Virus record (IMG/VR): IMGVR_UViG_3300022897_000001
Coordinates: 1-40,944 of that record
Origin: a virus
Taxonomy: Duplodnaviria; Caudoviricetes
Length of the DNA stretch: 40,944 nucleotides
Reading direction: 5' to 3' (one strand)
Part shown: positions 26,938-36,889 of the stretch, one piece after another
How positions within the stretch are numbered: the stretch's first letter is position 1
Layout: each line of letters starts with the position of its first letter
Program-made: the position numbers and the translations under genes
The notes under the pieces: generated by a model
The model's database searches: none
The model's input: only the letters and a program-made list of their open reading frames with translations
What the model was told of the DNA's origin: nothing

Positions 26938-27510
26938 TCAATACACCCACTCCACCAGATCGATGCTCGCTGAGACGATGAGTTGCCCTTCCGTCGCGAG
27001 CTGCGCAAACAGCGGAACCTTGTGTTTGCGATCTAGCGTGAGAATCCCGCATTGCTGACCGTTGCCGGTTGTGCTCGCGGTCCAGTTGTTAGTCTCCGAA
27101 CCCGATCCGCTCGAGCTGAGGGTCGCGGTGAAAGTGAATTTCGGATACTGGACGGCCTCTCCGATCGGAAACGCACTTTCAGCAAAGTGAGCGAAGGCAG
27201 CGCTCAGATGGTAGAAACCGCTGTCCGGCGAACTTGCACCGCCGCTCGCGCTGCTGTTCACACCGCCATTGCACAGCTTGATCGGCTCAACCACGCGGTC
27301 CGGACCGTCGAGCTGACACCCAAGACCGGTCACACCGACAACTCTAAAGGTGCAGGAACCGACAAACTTCCGCGGCCGCCAGTAAAGCCGGTGTGTGAGC
27401 TTCAGGCCGGCAGCAAGCGGCCACAGCGTGCGCTCCCCGAGCTCTCCAGGACTTTTTTCCTCCGGCGTCCAAGGCGTGGTGCCGAGGTAGATGAATTTCT
27501 TATACGCCAC
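26938..27510 (-). CDS. Putative minor tail protein
   Basis: Position in tail module. Confidence 0.5.
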   Translation of the reverse strand: MAYKKFIYLGTTPWTPEEKSPGELGERTLWPLAAGLKLTHRLYWRPRKFVGSCTFRVVGVTGLGCQLDGPDRVVEPIKLCNGGVNSSASGGASSPDSGFYHLSAAFAHFAESAFPIGEAVQYPKFTFTATLSSSGSGSETNNWTASTTGNGQQCGILTLDRKHKVPLFAQLATEGQLIVSASIDLVEWVY

Positions 27511-27718
27511 CGGCGTTCTGTTTCACGATCCTGGCGGAAGCGAACTCCACCTGAATCAGTTTCGTGTCTTGGGTGCAGTAGAGCGTCAGCGGCGAGTCGC
27601 CATTGCGCTTCACGTTCTTCAGATCCTCAGCGAGCTGGTCGATCAGCTTGGCGTGATTGTTCACGACGCGGACCGCGGCGCCCGGGCCTTTCTTCAGTTT
27701 CTTCGCTTTGCTGCTCAT
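27500..27718 (-). CDS. Hypothetical tail-region protein
   Basis: 72-aa coupled ORF. Confidence 0.55.
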   Translation of the reverse strand: MSSKAKKLKKGPGAAVRVVNNHAKLIDQLAEDLKNVKRNGDSPLTLYCTQDTKLIQVEFASARIVKQNAGGV

Positions 27719-28464
27719 GCGCCTTGAAGCTGCGGAAGCGAGATGCCGGTGTTCGCGAATGGATTGCCCTCGTTGGCCGGTTTGATGCGCCCTTCGTTGC
27801 TTTCCGTCACCTGCCAGACGTTCGAGTAGCCGTAAGGCTTTTTATCGAACTGCACCTGCCGCACATCGACGAAGGCCCGGATCAGCCCGTTCGCGCGCAC
27901 GAAGGTATTTCCGGAGACGTCGTCAGTCGCGATGCTGATAGACGGAAGCAGGAACGTAGCGCCGCGAGTGCTGTCGATGTGATACGCCTTTGCAAACACG
28001 GGGACTTGCCCCTCGAACTTCGGCCCTGTCGGTTCGCCGATCGTGGCATATTTCCACGTGCCCTTTGGCGCAAAGTAGTCGATCGAGACGCTGTTCTGCA
28101 GCAGGTCCTGCAGGTTCACGTTTGCGATCGTGAGTTCGCCATCGGGACGGCGGTACCGCGGTTTCCCCAGGATGCCGGCGAAATCGACAGAGATGCGGCA
28201 TTTGAAGTTGCCCTTCGGCACCATCGAGTGCGTCACGTATTGCAGCTTCGGAAAGATAGCGTCCACGTCGCCGGGCAACGGCTGGAAGGTTTCGTAGAGA
28301 TCGAGGCGGCATTCGAAGATGCGCGTGATCACATCGGCACCGAACTCATCGACGGCGAGCCGACCCCAATCGACCGTCACAAGCGCGGTGTCGTCCCCTC
28401 CCCTTGTAATGTAGCCACTGGGCAGTTCGAACCGTGTGACTGAACCATATTTGCGCGCGCTCAT
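27715..28464 (-). CDS. Putative distal tail/hub protein
   Basis: Directly follows the tape measure gene. Confidence 0.55.
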   Translation of the reverse strand: MSARKYGSVTRFELPSGYITRGGDDTALVTVDWGRLAVDEFGADVITRIFECRLDLYETFQPLPGDVDAIFPKLQYVTHSMVPKGNFKCRISVDFAGILGKPRYRRPDGELTIANVNLQDLLQNSVSIDYFAPKGTWKYATIGEPTGPKFEGQVPVFAKAYHIDSTRGATFLLPSISIATDDVSGNTFVRANGLIRAFVDVRQVQFDKKPYGYSNVWQVTESNEGRIKPANEGNPFANTGISLPQLQGA

Positions 28465-28479
28465 ATCACCGGGACCGCG

Positions 28480-30363
28480 TCAACCTTCCTCCGCGAACGG
28501 CTCGGGCAGCTTCTCTTTAATTTCCTGCAACGTCTGGTTGATCGTATCGAGCTTCGCCTTCACATCGGCGCCAAAGTCGTCCTTCGGTTTTTCCTGCGGA
28601 ACGTCTGTCGGTTTGTTCGGCTGCGGATTGCCCGGCGCGTCCGGAGCTTTCTTCGGCTGTGCCATCGGGTCCGGATTCTTATCGTCGCGCTTGCGCGGGT
28701 CCTTGCCCTTGAACAGATCCTCGGCCGGGTCGCCCTTCTTTTTGAAAATGTCCGGCCGATCGATCTTGTTCTTTTCCGCATTGCGCTCGCGCTCGCGCTC
28801 TCCGCCTTCGATCTCGCGTTTCTCGCGGGCCTGCGCTTGTCGATCGCGGCGCTCAGTCAGGCGCTGATCTGCAGGCTTGCGGCGCTCAGTGGCCTGACGG
28901 TCCAGCTCGCGCTCGCGGACATTCGCGATCTGAGACCGCAGTTCACCATTCTGTTTCGCGAGTTCTGCGGTCCTCAACTCGTCGGAGGTTTTCGCCTCCT
29001 TCACATTCTCGGCGATTTGTCGCTCGAGCATCGCGATCTCGCGCTTCGCCGCGAGCTGCGGATTGATGGCGCGCAGGCGCTCGATCTCCGCGGACTCTGC
29101 CTGCTGTGAAGCTTCGAACTGGGTGCGTGCTATGGCCTTCTCCAGCTCGTCCCGCTCAACGCCGATGCCTTTGATCTGCTGCTGCAACGCGGCGATTTCC
29201 CGGTTGGCCTGTGCCTTCTCTTTGTCGTCGCCCGATTCATCACGGCGTTTTTCAATGGCCGCGATCTGCGCGCCGATCCGCCCTTCCTCCTGCGACAGCG
29301 CCAGCCGGCGCGAGGTTTTAGCCAGGCGATCATTTTCCGCTTTCGCGTTGTCGTCCGTAGTTTGGCGCTCGATCTCGGCGATTTCCCGTGCCGCCTCATT
29401 GTGCTTGGCGTCATTCTCCGAGCGGTTGTCTCCCATCTCCTGCTCAGTTTTCAGGCCCTGAAAAACGGTCTTCAAGTACTCGTCCGCGTTCTCCTTGATC
29501 TCCTTTGCGATGCGCGGGTCCACTTTGCTGTCGCCGGTGGAGTTTTCCGGCTGTCCGGAACCGGGGACTTCATACTTCATGTCGCCCTCGCCAACTCCCC
29601 GATTGGCAGGCAAATCGGGCATCGTCTTATTCAGCCAGCTCGAAGGGATGAAATTCTTCAGGTTGCCCGGCAGATCCTTCATCGACCGGTCACTTTTCTC
29701 GGCAACGTCCACGATCATCGCGCCGATGTTGTTGCGCAGCCGATCCCAGATCGTTTCGATCTTCTTCGCCGCTTTGTCCCAGGACTCAACGGTGCGATCG
29801 CTAGCGGCGTCGGCATCGGCCGCGAGCTGGCCCATTGCCTCCGAGCCTTCCTGCAGCGTCGGCAGCAGCTTGGCCGCTGGCTTTCCAAACAGATCCTTCG
29901 CGGCGGCGAGGCGATCCGTATGATCCTGAATTTTCGCCAGACCGTCCGCGACTTTGTAGAGCAGCTCCTCCGGCGACTTTTTCTGCAGGTCCTCCCAAGT
30001 CACGCCGACTTTCTCAAATGAAGCAATGGCCTCTTCGTTCCCGTCGCGGGCGCTGCCCATCGTATCGAGGAACTTCACGAAGCCCTTTTGAAAATCCTCA
30101 CTGCTCGCCGCGCCCTGTTTGAATGCGTGCTCGAGGCGCTGCGTGGATTCGGCCGTCAGATCTAGGATTTCGGAGCGGTCCTTAATCTCGCCCATGTGGT
30201 CCGCGATCGAGCGCAGGCCCGCGGTGATGCCACCCACGGCGAGAGCAGCGGCAAAGGTGCTCGTGAGAAACTTCCGGAACTCACGCGCCTGATTCTTTGC
30301 TTCGTCGAGGCCCTGGCGGAACCCGGCGTTTTTCAGCGCCAGCGTTGTGTCGAGTCTAGGCAT
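28480..30363 (-). CDS. Tail tape measure protein
   Basis: Helical A/E/K-rich, SPEELLYKVADGL...LFGK motifs; position. Confidence 0.82.
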   Translation of the reverse strand: MPRLDTTLALKNAGFRQGLDEAKNQAREFRKFLTSTFAAALAVGGITAGLRSIADHMGEIKDRSEILDLTAESTQRLEHAFKQGAASSEDFQKGFVKFLDTMGSARDGNEEAIASFEKVGVTWEDLQKKSPEELLYKVADGLAKIQDHTDRLAAAKDLFGKPAAKLLPTLQEGSEAMGQLAADADAASDRTVESWDKAAKKIETIWDRLRNNIGAMIVDVAEKSDRSMKDLPGNLKNFIPSSWLNKTMPDLPANRGVGEGDMKYEVPGSGQPENSTGDSKVDPRIAKEIKENADEYLKTVFQGLKTEQEMGDNRSENDAKHNEAAREIAEIERQTTDDNAKAENDRLAKTSRRLALSQEEGRIGAQIAAIEKRRDESGDDKEKAQANREIAALQQQIKGIGVERDELEKAIARTQFEASQQAESAEIERLRAINPQLAAKREIAMLERQIAENVKEAKTSDELRTAELAKQNGELRSQIANVRERELDRQATERRKPADQRLTERRDRQAQAREKREIEGGERERERNAEKNKIDRPDIFKKKGDPAEDLFKGKDPRKRDDKNPDPMAQPKKAPDAPGNPQPNKPTDVPQEKPKDDFGADVKAKLDTINQTLQEIKEKLPEPFAEEG

Positions 30364-30904
30364 CGTAGCCCGCCTCTCTCATTGCATCCACCTCGGCCGA
30401 GCTGATCAGATTCGTTTCGAGCCCGGCAGCGACCAACGAACCGGCCACGATCCAGGCGGCCCGGCCGGGACTGAAGGACCACGCCTCGGCTTCACTTCTG
30501 CCTTGGGCCATGAGGTGCGATGCCAGTCGAAAATACCACGGGAGGCCGGAGTCTGAGCCTTTGCTATCCCAAGTCGGCGGACCCGTCTGGGCGGCCTTCT
30601 GGTAAGCGAGAAACAGCGACAGGCTCTCGTTGAACTGACGGCCCAGCCACAAAAGACGCAACCAGTGGCGGCAGCGCGAGAGCCGTCCGCTAGGGGCGTG
30701 GAGAATCAAATCATTGGGCGGCTGATCTACGCGGCAGATCTCGACGGCCAGATACAGCTCGGACAAATCCAGTTTGCCCTCATGCCCTGCAAACGGTGAC
30801 TCGATGAGATCCAGCGCCCGCGCGTGGGCGAGCGTGAACGGTCTTAGTTTCCTCCCCAGGACGCGCGGCGCACGGGCGAGGAATGTTTCGCCGAATGCCG
30901 ACAT
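30356..30904 (-). CDS. Putative tail assembly chaperone
   Basis: Lies between tail tube and tape measure genes; LRPFTLAH. Confidence 0.55.
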   Translation of the reverse strand: MSAFGETFLARAPRVLGRKLRPFTLAHARALDLIESPFAGHEGKLDLSELYLAVEICRVDQPPNDLILHAPSGRLSRCRHWLRLLWLGRQFNESLSLFLAYQKAAQTGPPTWDSKGSDSGLPWYFRLASHLMAQGRSEAEAWSFSPGRAAWIVAGSLVAAGLETNLISSAEVDAMREAGYDA

Positions 30905-30911
30905 TTCACGG

Positions 30912-31274
30912 CTACGCGAGGTCTTCCGAGTCGCGGAGTTCCAGTTTGACCGATTGCTTCATCGGCTTGCCGCCGCGGAAATCGTTCTCCGCGTCGACTA
31001 CCAAAAAGAGCTTGGTCGTCGGTCCGGAATACGTGGCAGTCACCACGTCCATTTTCTTTGCCGGCGTCTGGCCCGCTTTCACAACCCATGTGCATTGCGC
31101 ATCAATGCCAGGATCGGAACCGGTGTGGTTGAACGTCTCGCCGTTGCCGTCCTGCAGTTTCTCGACTTCGAGCGGATCGGATTCCTTCCACGTGTCTTTC
31201 ACCACGACGAAGTTTTCGAACGTCGGTGCGCCTTTTACGAGAAGCGGTTCGCCTTTTTGAATCGGTTCAGCCAT
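30912..31274 (-). CDS. Putative major tail tube protein
   Basis: 120-aa beta-rich protein; position. Confidence 0.5.
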   Translation of the reverse strand: MAEPIQKGEPLLVKGAPTFENFVVVKDTWKESDPLEVEKLQDGNGETFNHTGSDPGIDAQCTWVVKAGQTPAKKMDVVTATYSGPTTKLFLVVDAENDFRGGKPMKQSVKLELRDSEDLA

Positions 31275-31291
31275 AGCGCCTCAGGGGCGTG

Positions 31292-31783
31292 TCAATCGGC
31301 GCGGTGTGCGGTGAAGCGGAGCTGCAGCACATTGCCCCAGTGCTGCGGATCGCCCGCCTCGACCGGATGAGCGGCTTCGTAGCAGCTCACGCCGTAGCCG
31401 CTGACTTCGACCGGCGTCGGATTGTTTAGCCAGGCGCAGACTGTCTCCATGCGTGCCTGTGAAAAGATTCCGACAATCGCATCAATGCGGGCCTGCTGCC
31501 TCAAGAGCGGCGGGATCTCGCCCGGCCGGCCCGTGAGCTGAGCCCGCGTCAGCACCATGATGTGCAGGATGACTTCATGAATGCCGGCGTCGATCAGCTC
31601 GCCCCCCTGATCATCACCAAACAACACGATGCGATCCGCGTCCTCAATCGTCGTGGACGTGTGCCCGCAATACAGTGGGACGCCTGCGAGTGTGGCACCA
31701 ACGCCCTGAAAAGTGTTTTTCAGATACGAGGCAACGGCGCGCTCGAGCTTCGAGGCGATGCTTTCAGAGGCGTTTGCGTCCAT
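31292..31783 (-). CDS. Putative tail terminator
   Basis: Position; SKLERAVASYL N-terminal helix. Confidence 0.5.
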   Translation of the reverse strand: MDANASESIASKLERAVASYLKNTFQGVGATLAGVPLYCGHTSTTIEDADRIVLFGDDQGGELIDAGIHEVILHIMVLTRAQLTGRPGEIPPLLRQQARIDAIVGIFSQARMETVCAWLNNPTPVEVSGYGVSCYEAAHPVEAGDPQHWGNVLQLRFTAHRAD

Positions 31784-31805
31784 GCCCGCGCGGACCTGTC
31801 AAAAG

Positions 31806-32630
31806 CTACTTGTCCGGCATCTGCCGCCAGCGGCCTTCGATCTTCGCGTTGAGCTGGCGTTCGATTGCGCCGGCGCGGAGGCCGAGGGCGAATTGCGAGA
31901 ATCGCGCACGATCGTTCGAGCTGACGGACCAGCCAACCGTATTGCCGAACGTGATTTCCGGATTCAACCAGGCGGCGCTCTTGTCCAGGACAACGCCGTG
32001 ATTGGGATGTTTGGAGATCCACGCCGGCGCCGCGTTTCCCTTCCCGAACTTCTGAATGCCCGCGACGTTTCCCGCCTTCAGCATGCCGACGTTCTTTTTC
32101 TTCTTTCTCACCAGCGCGTTGACCGACGACTGGCGGAACACTCGGACGCGGACCCGCTTCGTTTCGGGAATGCGGCCGCGCGTGTCGCGCATGCTTTTGT
32201 GAAGGTCGGTGGTCGCCTCGGCGACAATCGGCTTCCGCGTTGCCTCCACGAAGTGGCAGGCCTTCAGCAGCTCCGTGAGGCCGCTCACATCGCCCTTGTT
32301 GATGTATTTGCGCGCGGCTTTCGCCAGCTCCGGCTTTCGAGGGGACGTGATCAGCGAGAGCTGATCGATTGCGCCGATCGCGCCGCGGATCTGGCGTTCA
32401 ACGGCGGCTTCGCCTGTACGCTTCTGGGTCGCCCACGGCTCTTTCGCATTCATACTGCGAAACGGCGGTGTGACCTTCGTCAGATCTACCGACAGCAAAC
32501 CGGCCTGCTGGGTCAGCACGTCCGCGTGATCGCGGCCGCTTGCCTTCGAGAACTCTTCGATCAGCGCTGCGATGTTCTCAGCTCTGCTGATCGTGACAGT
32601 GAATCCCGCTTCTCTCCCCGCCGTGGACAT
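31806..32630 (-). CDS. Putative tail completion/neck protein
   Basis: Basic 274-aa ORF in the neck module. Confidence 0.5.
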   Translation of the reverse strand: MSTAGREAGFTVTISRAENIAALIEEFSKASGRDHADVLTQQAGLLSVDLTKVTPPFRSMNAKEPWATQKRTGEAAVERQIRGAIGAIDQLSLITSPRKPELAKAARKYINKGDVSGLTELLKACHFVEATRKPIVAEATTDLHKSMRDTRGRIPETKRVRVRVFRQSSVNALVRKKKKNVGMLKAGNVAGIQKFGKGNAAPAWISKHPNHGVVLDKSAAWLNPEITFGNTVGWSVSSNDRARFSQFALGLRAGAIERQLNAKIEGRWRQMPDK

Positions 32631-32634
32631 GGCG

Positions 32635-32970
32635 TTAGTCGTCGCGGACCAGCGTGAACGTCAGAGCTGTCGGCTCCGGAAGGATGCGATCGATGCGATA
32701 GTTCACACCGTCCCAAGTCAGGGCGCGGTCGGTAGTCGGCAGCCCGTCGAACTGGGACCGCGTTGCGACGATCGTAGCGCCGCGGATGATTTGCGTTCCA
32801 CCTCCGGAAACGTTCAGCTCTTGCTCCAGCTCTGTCTCGAGCAAGTCGCCGGTGAAAAAGGCAGCGCCTCCAACCGGAAGCAGTCCAGCAATCAGGAATT
32901 CGACGGTGCCGATGATCGCGCCGCTATCCTGCAGGCAATCCCGCATGAATTCGTCGAAGTCGCTTTCCAT
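32635..32970 (-). CDS. Putative head-tail joining protein
   Basis: LTWDGVNYRIDRI motif; position. Confidence 0.6.
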   Translation of the reverse strand: MESDFDEFMRDCLQDSGAIIGTVEFLIAGLLPVGGAAFFTGDLLETELEQELNVSGGGTQIIRGATIVATRSQFDGLPTTDRALTWDGVNYRIDRILPEPTALTFTLVRDD

Positions 32971-32978
32971 GGCCAGCG

Positions 32979-33455
32979 TTACGGCGTGGCCACGCCGCTG
33001 GCGTGGAAGTCGAGTTTGAGCTTATTGCTTCCGATTCCGACGCCCACGACCGTCAGATAGTAACCAGTGGCGTTGTCCGCGGCCGGCGCGAGTCCGCCCG
33101 GCGTTGCAGAGAGAATCACAATCGCGTTTGCGGCGACCGTAAAGCCAGGCGCGAAAGCAGCGTCAGCGGTGACATAGAGAACCGGCTGGCCGGACGATGC
33201 CGAGTTGAGCGCGATCCCGGCGACGTTCATCAACGGACTGGCGCCGTTGGCATCGGCCAAGACGAGCTGATTGGAAGCGTTGATTGCCAGCACCTGCCCC
33301 GCTGTGATGCTTGCGCCGGCAGTGCCGCGGCTGATGCTGGCGCTCGAACTCGCGACGACGTTTGCGGCCGTTACCGTGTAGTCCGATGCCGGAGCCGGCG
33401 CGATCAGTGCGATCGAGAAAAGAAGGCCGAGAATGAAGTGAAGCGGTGATTTCAT
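32979..33455 (-). CDS. Capsid cement/decoration-like protein with N-terminal signal peptide
   Basis: AGASITAGQVL...LADANG...GIALNSASSGQPV; MKSPLHFILGLLFSIALIAPAPA. Confidence 0.6.
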   Translation of the reverse strand: MKSPLHFILGLLFSIALIAPAPASDYTVTAANVVASSSASISRGTAGASITAGQVLAINASNQLVLADANGASPLMNVAGIALNSASSGQPVLYVTADAAFAPGFTVAANAIVILSATPGGLAPAADNATGYYLTVVGVGIGSNKLKLDFHASGVATP

Positions 33456-33547
33456 AGTGTGTTGCAGATTGGACCCAGCGGAGGTGTCAAAGGGGACCGC
33501 GCCAATTTTCCAGACAGTGTCCGGAAAATTCCGGACGGGCGGAAAAG

Positions 33548-34033
33548 CTACTTCGGCCAGCGCACATGCGCAGCCTTCGCACCTTTGACGCTGCCTTCAA
33601 CCAGGCAGAGCTGAACCAACTCGCGCGCCGGTTTCGGCGTGAGAAACTTGTCGGCGAAGTCGCCCAGACCTTGGCTCGCGACATAGACCGTAATCGGTTT
33701 GAAAAACGTCTTGAAGTGCGTGCCACAGATCTCTTTCGCGCGGGCCTCTGCGCCCTCGGGAAGCTCGTATTTGTCCGCTTGCTTCGTTCCGTCGATCGCG
33801 CCGACAACGGTGGCCACGCGGTGCGCGTCGTTCTCATACCGCCCAGGACCCTCCGCGATCAGTTTTCCCTCCACGACATCCAGTTCATCAGCGAGGCCCT
33901 TTGCCTGAAGCTTCAATTCATCCAGCTCCTTTTGCTTCGCCTCGATCTCGATGACTTTGGATTTCTGGCGCTCGATGATCGCGAGGCCCTCGGCAACGAG
34001 TGGCGATGGAAGTGCGGCGGCGGCTTTGCTCAT
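33548..34033 (-). CDS. Hypothetical protein
   Basis: 161-aa ORF with N-terminal coiled coil. Confidence 0.65.
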   Translation of the reverse strand: MSKAAAALPSPLVAEGLAIIERQKSKVIEIEAKQKELDELKLQAKGLADELDVVEGKLIAEGPGRYENDAHRVATVVGAIDGTKQADKYELPEGAEARAKEICGTHFKTFFKPITVYVASQGLGDFADKFLTPKPARELVQLCLVEGSVKGAKAAHVRWPK

Positions 34034-34039
34034 AGAGTT

Positions 34040-34086
34040 AAAAAAGAGATGGCCCGGCGCGTCCTACTCCGAAGACACGCCGGGCC
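34040..34086 (-). terminator. Intrinsic terminator-like hairpin after the capsid gene
   Basis: GGCCCGGCG...CGCCGGGCC stem followed by a T-tract on the minus strand. Confidence 0.55.
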
Positions 34087-34108
34087 GGTTCCCCCAAACG
34101 AATTCTGA

Positions 34109-35245
34109 TTAGCCCAGCAGGATCGCCGTGTGTTCCGGCTTGATCACGCTGACGCCCCACGCGACACCGATAAAGTAGGTGTTCATGCGGAAGCCCGGAT
34201 AGACGGCCAGCTCGAAGCTGATGCCGCTGCGCGGATCGGTGATGATCTTGCGATCGGACGCCTGATCGCCCTCTTTCGGGAGATCGGGCAAGCGGGTCGC
34301 GAGCAACGTGGAGTTGCGGCTGAAGCCTGCATTGCGAACGCTGGTCGCGTTCACCGTGACCGTTGCATCGTCAGCAACCGCGGCGCGGAGGCCGGGAGCG
34401 GCGATGGTCACCACGTTCGCGGCGAGCGCGGTCGCAACGACATACTTGAAGCTGCCGATCGTGACCACATCACCGGCGAGAATCGTGCCGGTGCCGGTGT
34501 CCACGGTCAGAGCGGTGTCGCCGATCGCATAGCCGCCACCGTTGTTGATCTGATAGCTGGCACCCGTGCCGGCCGTCGCATTGTTGACCTGTGCGCTCTC
34601 GCGGAGCGTGAAGGCGAAAAGGTTGCCGAGCGTGCCCTGGCGGAGAAGCGATTCGTCACCCGCTTCGTTGACCTTGTAGAGATTGGACAGGCTGCGGAGG
34701 TTCACACCCGCTGCCGTGTTGAAAACGAGATGGCGATCGCTGGCCGGCGCGCCGTTATCGTCGAGAATCTTTTTGATCTGCGCGGCGTCACCAACACTCG
34801 AACCGAAGGGCGCGGTGCCAGCGGTACCGAAAGCGCGGCTCGCACCGTTTTTGATCGCGGTGGCGATATCGACTTCCATTTCGTTCACGAGCGCGCGCAT
34901 GGCCTGCGCGATCTGGTCCTGCTGGATCGTGAGGAAGCCGGGGCCGGCGTCCATCGAGCGTTGCTCGCCACCGGTCCACGAAAACTTTGTGTAACGGCTC
35001 TTGCTGATCGTGATCGATTTGTTGCCGACCGTCTGGTCGCCAGCACTGATCAGCGACATCGCTGGAGTGATATCGGCGCCGGTCGTGTTCGCCGGGGCGA
35101 CAGTGCTGCGAAGAGTTTGACCGAGAGCGAGGCGATCTGCGCTCGCGTCGCGAGCCACAGCCGGGATGAAGCCTACGAGTTCGCGCGAAACAACGTCGAG
35201 CGCCGCGAAGGCATCAGGAATCAGGTTTGTCAGTGTGTTGGCCAT
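34109..35245 (-). CDS. Major capsid protein (P22 coat-like family)
   Basis: MANTLTNLIPDAFAALDVVSRELVGFIPAV...LDDNGAP...DPRSGISF...WGV. Confidence 0.85.
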   Translation of the reverse strand: MANTLTNLIPDAFAALDVVSRELVGFIPAVARDASADRLALGQTLRSTVAPANTTGADITPAMSLISAGDQTVGNKSITISKSRYTKFSWTGGEQRSMDAGPGFLTIQQDQIAQAMRALVNEMEVDIATAIKNGASRAFGTAGTAPFGSSVGDAAQIKKILDDNGAPASDRHLVFNTAAGVNLRSLSNLYKVNEAGDESLLRQGTLGNLFAFTLRESAQVNNATAGTGASYQINNGGGYAIGDTALTVDTGTGTILAGDVVTIGSFKYVVATALAANVVTIAAPGLRAAVADDATVTVNATSVRNAGFSRNSTLLATRLPDLPKEGDQASDRKIITDPRSGISFELAVYPGFRMNTYFIGVAWGVSVIKPEHTAILLG

Positions 35246-35292
35246 AGAATTTTCGTTGGCCTGGCGACGCTGTTAAAACTGTGTGGGGGGAG

Positions 35293-35565
35293 TTATTCGG
35301 TGCAGGTGCCGCCCGCGGTGCGGAAGGCGTTCTGTTGGTCGAGAGTCAGCGCTTCGAGTTCAGCGCGGGAGAGGATGAGTGACGGTGGCCACGGGACCGC
35401 CGCCGTAGCCGGCGCGGCAGCAGGATCGCCCTTCAGCTTCGCGATCTCGGCTTTCGCCGCTTCGAGTTCCGCCTTGGTCGCGTCGTGCGCATCGGTCAGC
35501 GCCTTGAACGCCTTGCTCGCTTCATCGAGCTGCTTTTGCAGCTCTGCCTTGGTCAGATCAGCCAT
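35293..35565 (-). CDS. Scaffold-like small protein
   Basis: Coiled coil plus LSRAELEALTLDQQNAFRTAGG. Confidence 0.6.
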   Translation of the reverse strand: MADLTKAELQKQLDEASKAFKALTDAHDATKAELEAAKAEIAKLKGDPAAAPATAAVPWPPSLILSRAELEALTLDQQNAFRTAGGTCTE

Positions 35566-35567
35566 GG

Positions 35568-36023
35568 CTAGTCGTTGATTTTGCCGCCCTCGCGACAGAA
35601 CTTCGCTTGTGCGCCGGGCGTGAGTTTATCGAACTCCACGCGCGACATTTCTTTCGCGTTACCCTGCGTGGTGTCACCGGCGCCGGGTTTCTTCTCCGGC
35701 AGATTGCCGCCGTTGCGCGCCGCGATTTCCTGCGCACGCTCGTCAGCGGTTTTCGCCTCGCTTTCGAGCTTCGTGACCTTCGCCTTCTCCGCGGTCACTT
35801 CGCCGCGGGCCTGATCGCGCTCGGTGGTGAGCGTCTTCACTTGGCCCTCGGCTGCGGTGGCGCGTGTCTCGGCTTCGGTTGCGCGGGTTTCAGCAGCAGT
35901 CACCTGCCCGCGTGCTTGGTCGCGCTCGGTAGTGAGAGTGGTGTTCTGTGTCTCGAGTTCCGAGACGCGGGCGGTGAGCTGTTGAATCGTCATTTGAAAA
36001 AATTTCTGCGGTTCGCGTGTCAC
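35568..36023 (-). CDS. Scaffold protein
   Basis: Coiled coil with repeated TLTTERDQARG; C-terminal MSRVEFDKLTPGAQAKFCREGG; start GTG 36023 or ATG 35993. Confidence 0.7.
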   Translation of the reverse strand: MTREPQKFFQMTIQQLTARVSELETQNTTLTTERDQARGQVTAAETRATEAETRATAAEGQVKTLTTERDQARGEVTAEKAKVTKLESEAKTADERAQEIAARNGGNLPEKKPGAGDTTQGNAKEMSRVEFDKLTPGAQAKFCREGGKIND

Positions 36024-36889
36024 GCGTTGCGTGCTGTCAACGCGACAAGGGAACGGAGCGCGGCGAAGGCATCCGCCCGGCTGCCGGTTTCATCAGCGAG
36101 TCCGAGAGCGACGGCCTCTGATCCCGTGAACCACTGGCCGCGCATCGACTCCGCAGTGACCGCGGGCCTGTGCTCTTGAACCCAACCGCGAAAGCTCGCG
36201 CTGAAGTTATCGACGCGGCCCTGCAAGAAATCGCGTTCGGCGCGCGTCATGTCGCGGAAGGGAGTTCCGGCCGCTTTCAAGTCGCCACCGGTGATGTGCT
36301 CGATCTTCACGCCGAGCTGCGCGAGCAGGCCACTCACGTTCGCGAATGTGGAAATCGTGCCGATGCTGCCAACGACAGACGACTGCGAAACCATCATCGC
36401 GCTCGATGCCACGGCGAGACCATAGGCGGCGCTGCAGCCGATCTGCTGCACGTAGGCCATGACTGGCTTTGCCTCACGAGTCGCTGCCACGGCATTGCGG
36501 ACTTCCTGCAGCCCGATGACGGAACCGCCCGGCGAGTTCACATCGAAGAAAACGCCGCTCACTTGCGGATCTACGGCCGCGCGCTCGAATTCCTCCAGAA
36601 GCTGATCGTAGTCGGTCGCGCCAAGCAGCCGGTCCACGTTGGTCAGGCCGCGAGCCATCACGTCGTTTGCGTGAATAATCGCGAGGCCGTCCGACGTCAT
36701 TTCATACGGCCGGCGCTGGTTCACGAAGTCCGCGATCGTGAGCTGCGTTTCAGGCGCAATCTTCGGATCGCCGTGGTCTTCGAGTTTAGCCAGGCGTTGA
36801 TAGAACGGCGTCAGTCGCGCGAACAACGCGCCAAGCGCGGGCTCGTGGATCGAGAGTTCTTCGGTGAGAAGGATGTCGTGGAGTCTCAT
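36020..36889 (-). CDS. S49-family prohead protease
   Basis: DVNSPGG, CSAAY, VGSIG. Confidence 0.9.
   Translation of the reverse strand: MRLHDILLTEELSIHEPALGALFARLTPFYQRLAKLEDHGDPKIAPETQLTIADFVNQRRPYEMTSDGLAIIHANDVMARGLTNVDRLLGATDYDQLLEEFERAAVDPQVSGVFFDVNSPGGSVIGLQEVRNAVAATREAKPVMAYVQQIGCSAAYGLAVASSAMMVSQSSVVGSIGTISTFANVSGLLAQLGVKIEHITGGDLKAAGTPFRDMTRAERDFLQGRVDNFSASFRGWVQEHRPAVTAESMRGQWFTGSEAVALGLADETGSRADAFAALRSLVALTARNA

Noticed and set aside
30356-30912. Programmed tail-chaperone frameshift
   Set aside because: Single ORF overlaps the tape measure start; no convincing slippery heptamer seen
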